From the IMG/VR virus record IMGVR_UViG_3300035180_000254: 64,000 bases of DNA; one strand, 5' to 3'. A program made the translations under genes and the position numbers. The notes under the pieces are model-generated. The model ran no database searches and had not been told where the DNA came from. It worked only from the letters and a program-made list of their open reading frames with translations. How positions within the stretch are numbered: position 1 is the first letter of the stretch; every line of letters starts with the position of its first letter. The DNA comes from a virus. Shown here in pieces: positions 60,282 to 64,000 of the stretch.

Positions 60282-60645
60282 CAGGCACCTCCACTTCATC
60301 GCCCAGCTTTGAGGCCACGTAACAGCGCAGCCCGGCGACCAGTTCGGACTTATCGCACTGCATGTGCTCGTTCTCGCCTGAGTAGTTGTATCCGTCATAT
60401 GCAATCCACAGACCTGAGTGGTCAATGGTGCGACTGATGTGTTCACGGGTCAGAATTGGCCCGCCTTGTGCCCAGTCGGTGGAGTAGGGTGGTGCCTTTT
60501 TGGAATACTTCGGCATTTCGTTGTCTGCGCTAGGCCAAATCCAGAACGCATCACGCACTGACGGGCCTTCGTAGATGCCGCCTTCACACCTCGCAACCGC
60601 CCAATCAAGGGCTTGATCTTTCAGTTCAGATGTTTTGATTTTCAT
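60268..60645 (-). CDS. DUF2591/NinX-like protein
   Basis: 125 aa. ELKDQALDWAVARCEG N-terminal signature. Confidence 0.65.
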   Translation of the reverse strand: MKIKTSELKDQALDWAVARCEGGIYEGPSVRDAFWIWPSADNEMPKYSKKAPPYSTDWAQGGPILTREHISRTIDHSGLWIAYDGYNYSGENEHMQCDKSELVAGLRCYVASKLGDEVEVPDELA

Positions 60646-60878
60646 TTCCGATTCATCAATTCGTACGTCCCGCGCGAGTTCGTGAACTCGTCGTGGAAGC
60701 GGCTGATCACCTCTTCAGTCAGCTCCTCGTCGCTGGCGTTATTCAGCAGGAACGCAGGGAACTGGGTGAAGTCGGGCTCGGGCGGCTGGGCTGCGCGGTC
60801 CACCAGGAAGGCGATCAGGCAGATGAGCACTGTCACCACGACGATGGCGACGATCCAGAGGTTGTTTACGTAGTCCAT
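60642..60878 (-). CDS. small membrane protein (78 aa)
   Basis: N-terminal TM LWIVAIVVVTVLICLIAFLV. Confidence 0.5.
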   Translation of the reverse strand: MDYVNNLWIVAIVVVTVLICLIAFLVDRAAQPPEPDFTQFPAFLLNNASDEELTEEVISRFHDEFTNSRGTYELMNRK

Positions 60879-61159
60879 ACAGGTGCCTTTCTATCGCCAT
60901 GCCAGGCGTTCCATAGGGTGTCGCTGGCCTTGCGGCGTATGTGAGATTTGGGTTTACGGAACTGCTGAAGGACCGTGATGCCTGACACCTTGCTCAGGGC
61001 ACGCATGATCCGACCGCAGTCAATGCAGTGGTCGTAGCGTCTACGACCGTGGTCGTGTTTGTTGAACGACAGAGACGGTTTGCTCTCGCCGCAGCAGATG
61101 CACTGGCGCAGCTTGACCTCACGTCTCAGGTTCGCTAAAGACTTAGAGGTCGGTGCCAT
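60866..61159 (-). CDS. Cys4 zinc-finger-like protein
   Basis: CICCG...CIDCG pairs. ATG at 61159 lies just after the upstream stop. Confidence 0.45.
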   Translation of the reverse strand: MAPTSKSLANLRREVKLRQCICCGESKPSLSFNKHDHGRRRYDHCIDCGRIMRALSKVSGITVLQQFRKPKSHIRRKASDTLWNAWHGDRKAPVWTT

Positions 61160-61160
61160 T

Positions 61161-61682
61161 TCACGGACGTGCATCCACGAAGGCCACCAGCTTGTCGATA
61201 TCAGCCTGGGTATCGGCGATCACCTTCAGCAGCTTGGCGGGCTTGGCCTTGATCTTATTCAGAGTTTCGATCTGGGCTTCCAGTTGGCCGATCTTTCGAA
61301 AGATGTCGCCGTCGCTGAGCGTGGCAGCGTCAGCACCGGCGATGAAGGTTTTGGTTTCGATGACGGGGGTCTTTTCGGACATGGTGGTTTCTTCCTTGAG
61401 GTTGTCGTAGATTTCTTTGGTGGTTTGGACGCTGGTCGGTTTACCGACGTGGTAATACTTCATGGTGCCGACATCAAAGGCGACCAGTCGGAGGTAGCTC
61501 AGCTTGCTGATCACGCCGTCGGCGGGACGCTGCAGTTTCTCAGCCATCTCTTTGAGAGAGCTGCCCATAAAGTACAGCTCTTTGAGTGCGTGCAGCTCTA
61601 CGCTTGTCCAGATCTTTCCGTGCCGGGCACGGATGATGTTGTCGTTATGTCCGAAGGACGTGTCAAATGTTTCTTGGGTCAT
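61161..61682 (-). CDS. hypothetical protein with SANT/Myb-like HTH N-terminus
   Basis: 173 aa. WTSVELHALKELYFMGSSLKEMAEKLQRPADGVISK. C-terminal coiled coil. Confidence 0.5.
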   Translation of the reverse strand: MTQETFDTSFGHNDNIIRARHGKIWTSVELHALKELYFMGSSLKEMAEKLQRPADGVISKLSYLRLVAFDVGTMKYYHVGKPTSVQTTKEIYDNLKEETTMSEKTPVIETKTFIAGADAATLSDGDIFRKIGQLEAQIETLNKIKAKPAKLLKVIADTQADIDKLVAFVDARP

Positions 61683-62140
61683 GCTGTACCACTCAAGAGT
61701 TGTTGAAGTTGCTTGAACCGCTCACTTTGCTTCTCAGCAGTGGTGAACTGTTCTTCGATCTCGACTGCGCAGCTGTCCAAGTCATCGGCCAGGTTGCGCA
61801 GGCGTGCGGCCAGGTCGCCAATCTTATCGAGCGGTGACTTGACCGGTGTGGGTTTGGGTGCTGTAGTTGGTGTGACCATGGCTGTAGGTTTCTCCGGTTT
61901 AACTGGTGCGCGCGAGTAGGCGCTGGGTTTGCTGCCACGTTCCAACACGAGGCCCGCATCGGTCAGGTGCCGCAGGCATCCTTGCAGCGTGCGGAAGTCG
62001 GGGATCATGTTGGTGCGTGCCAGCTCGGCCTGAATCTGCTGCGGTGTCCACATCTCTTGGATAGGCACCGCTGCGTAGACCTTCTTGGCTGTTGCTGTCA
62101 TGCCGTTAATGAGCGACTTGAAGCGGGCCTGGGGCATCAT
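61679..62140 (-). CDS. winged-helix-like protein with Pro-rich linker
   Basis: 153 aa. TLQGCLRHLTDAGLVLERG pattern. Confidence 0.5.
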   Translation of the reverse strand: MMPQARFKSLINGMTATAKKVYAAVPIQEMWTPQQIQAELARTNMIPDFRTLQGCLRHLTDAGLVLERGSKPSAYSRAPVKPEKPTAMVTPTTAPKPTPVKSPLDKIGDLAARLRNLADDLDSCAVEIEEQFTTAEKQSERFKQLQQLLSGTA

Positions 62141-62319
62141 GGCTTAGGCTCCTTCACGACGTGTGCGATGGGCATGCACAGCGGCGTGAGCTTTTCGATT
62201 GCCCATTCGAGCGCTGCGATTTCTGATTTGTCCCACGTGTTGTCGTAGGGCCTGGCACGCAGGAATTCGACGCGTCGGCGCATCGTGCGTAGGTGCTTGG
62301 CTGGACCTGCTCCGCTCAT
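62137..62319 (-). CDS. hypothetical protein (60 aa)
   Basis: ORF track entry. The ATG lies 12 nt after an element copy, with no SD. Confidence 0.45.
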   Translation of the reverse strand: MSGAGPAKHLRTMRRRVEFLRARPYDNTWDKSEIAALEWAIEKLTPLCMPIAHVVKEPKP

Positions 62320-62326
62320 ATGAGTT

Positions 62327-62506
62327 TCATCCGATCTGTTTTAGAGTTAAGAATTGTACACGCCGCGAAGCCGTGCGAACGAGAACTGAGCACTGGCGTA
62401 CGAACCGGTCGTGGCTTGGGTAAGCGCAGTCATGGCTGTCTACAACGGCGTAATAACGTGGAGCACAACCCGTGCCCTCACGCACAGGGATCATGACGAG
62501 CTTCAT
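62327..62506 (-). CDS. possible small Cys-containing protein (59 aa)
   Basis: ATG at 62506 lies 5 nt after GGGAGG. MKLVMIPVREGTGCAPRYYAVVDSHDCAYPSHDRFVRQCS... One codon below the track cutoff. Confidence 0.3.
   Translation of the reverse strand: MKLVMIPVREGTGCAPRYYAVVDSHDCAYPSHDRFVRQCSVLVRTASRRVQFLTLKQIG
62332..62353 (-). promoter_or_regulatory. AT-rich 22-bp element
   Basis: rc = TTCTTAACTCTAAAACAGATCG. Confidence 0.4.
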
Positions 62507-62544
62507 CCGAGCCTCCCACGTAGCCGTGCTTTCAGTGCATCATG

Positions 62545-64000
62545 TCACTTCACCTTTGTCTTCTTCGCTACCGGGAAGTGGTCAGCGATGTATTTGTGGA
62601 AGTTATTGGTGTCCTTCCACTGCACGCTCAGGCCGTTCACTGACTTGTTGTTCACCCACACGACCTTGGTGTGGACGCGGTGGTGTTTGAGCAGTGAGGT
62701 GAACTTGTTGGGCGAGACTGGGATGTTGCCCACCACATACTCGAAGATCACACGCAGCTCGTCACGTGCGATGTTGCACTTGCCATCAGGCGCCGTGCGG
62801 CCGATCAGATTAGCGATCACCTCACGGTAGTCCTCCACCTTGTTGGACATCATCGCGTTGCGTGTGTAGCTCTGGTCGGTAGGCAGCTGGTCAATGAAGA
62901 AGCCGAAGTTACCGTCCAGCATGGCGCTTGCCACCGTGTCGATGGACGACTCGGAGATGGAGATCATGGTGTCGCGGTCGGTGGTATGGATCACCTCGCC
63001 AGCCTTGGCCTCGTCCAGGGAGTAGGACAGCAGGTAGTCGTGAAACGCTTGCAGCTCCTTCTCGATGGTCTCCAGTTCCTTGTCGCTGATCGCCAACTTG
63101 CCAGGCTGGTAAGCACCGACGTTGAAGCGGCGGTCATTCTTGTCGATCAGCACCGGGTCTGTCATGTTGGACATGAGAATCCAGTTGCTGTAATTGCGTG
63201 CTTCCATGGCGTTGCTGTACATAGCGCGCATGGGGACGAACTGCTCGGTGATGAAGTTCTTGAGCTTGGCCATGACGCCCTTCTCGTTTTGCAGTGCCTT
63301 GATCTGCACCTCATCCACGAACACCAGCAGCGAGTTCTCCATGAACTGGTTGTACTTGTCACCCAACTCCTCCATCCGGCGGCTAGCTACGTGAGCTGCA
63401 CCGAACAGAGGGCGCAGGATGTTGTTGGTCAGGATGCCCTTGCCAGTCCCTTGGGTGCCATGCAGTACCCATGCTGTCTTGGTGCGGTCGCGCTTCTGGA
63501 GCACGAATGCGGTCCAGTTGAGGAAGTGCTCAGTCACATCCACATCCAGGCCCAGCGCATGGTGCAAGACCTTGAAGATGGTGGGTGGGCACTTGGTCAC
63601 CTTGCGTGCTGTTGCCTTCATATAGGGGCTAGGCACGAACTTGTTGATGGTTTTGTTGGCTACATCGACCCGGACGTTATCCATTGGGTCAAAGACCAGG
63701 TCCCACTCAGGTATGTAGTCACCCAGTGGTACACCGTACTGGAGAGCGAAGTGTCGCAGCTGGGTTTCGTTTTTGGCTGGTGTGATGTCGAGGACATCGG
63801 AAGTGTTGTCATAAGTACCACGGTAATACACACCAGACTTGCGGTCACAGAAAGCCAGATAAGTAATGCCCGAACTTGACGTGCGAAGATTTCCTGACGA
63901 GGTGATCTGCAGCCAGTAGTCGGGGAGCAGTTCTTTGGTGAGGTAGCTTGGTTCCCCCTTAAACGAGTGGATGTAGTCCGGGCGATCTTCCGGGTGGTAG
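62545..64000 (-). CDS. primase-helicase (D5/P4-like SF3 NTPase), N-terminus beyond the window end
   Basis: Walker A HGTQGTGKG and Walker B LLVFVDEV. The frame remains open upstream of the track's GTG (63831) to base 64000 (...YHPEDRPDYIHSFKGEPSYLTKELLPDYWLQITSS...). Confidence 0.85.
   Translation of the reverse strand, partial: YHPEDRPDYIHSFKGEPSYLTKELLPDYWLQITSSGNLRTSSSGITYLAFCDRKSGVYYRGTYDNTSDVLDITPAKNETQLRHFALQYGVPLGDYIPEWDLVFDPMDNVRVDVANKTINKFVPSPYMKATARKVTKCPPTIFKVLHHALGLDVDVTEHFLNWTAFVLQKRDRTKTAWVLHGTQGTGKGILTNNILRPLFGAAHVASRRMEELGDKYNQFMENSLLVFVDEVQIKALQNEKGVMAKLKNFITEQFVPMRAMYSNAMEARNYSNWILMSNMTDPVLIDKNDRRFNVGAYQPGKLAISDKELETIEKELQAFHDYLLSYSLDEAKAGEVIHTTDRDTMISISESSIDTVASAMLDGNFGFFIDQLPTDQSYTRNAMMSNKVEDYREVIANLIGRTAPDGKCNIARDELRVIFEYVVGNIPVSPNKFTSLLKHHRVHTKVVWVNNKSVNGLSVQWKDTNNFHKYIADHFPVAKKTKVK

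Overview
GC-rich segment (roughly 60% GC by eye, with sharp AT-rich islands) from a tailed dsDNA phage or the interior of a prophage. I saw no integrase, att site, tRNA, rRNA or CRISPR array.

Layout:
- 1-960: leftward small genes, including a membrane protein that runs off the window.
- 1029-34719: rightward packaging, head, tail and ejection module. It contains TerS, TerL, portal, scaffold, a RyR-domain protein, a major capsid unit bounded by terminators, an adaptor, Ala-rich repeat fibre and spike proteins, and three large internal proteins including a 2321-aa giant. No tape measure, tube or sheath gene is recognisable, so the organisation looks podovirus-like.
- 34741-35118: an extreme AT island and a hydrophobic ORF with no start codon.
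- 35219-37802: lysis cassette with a GH19 endolysin, holin candidates, and an embedded i-/o-spanin pair that implies a diderm host.
- 37963-64000: leftward replication, nucleotide-metabolism and early module. It contains a dimeric-dUTPase-like protein, an ATP-dependent ligase, nucleases, a DnaQ-like exonuclease, a family-A DNA polymerase, an SNF2 helicase, a RecB/Cas4-like nuclease, a MoxR-like AAA+/DUF3150/VWA-zincin cluster, a phosphoesterase, and a primase-helicase that runs off the window. Four HNH homing-endonuclease genes are scattered through it.

Most notable observations:
1. The DNA polymerase carries an intein in motif B. Its homing endonuclease appears to be encoded out of frame inside the intein, while the intein frame stays open.
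2. A roughly 22-bp AT-rich element, (A/G)TCTAAR-NTCTAAA-NNA-GATYG, recurs at least 11 times. Its orientation follows the downstream genes, and it often sits just upstream of start codons that lack a Shine-Dalgarno sequence. This makes it a candidate phage-specific promoter or operator.
3. An 89-aa protein consists almost entirely of G-X dipeptide repeats.
4. A roughly 21-aa Ala-rich repeat and a VPAExR C-terminal motif are shared by neighbouring virion proteins.
5. The giant internal protein carries two HExxH motifs.

All family names come from motif recognition by eye and need HMM confirmation.
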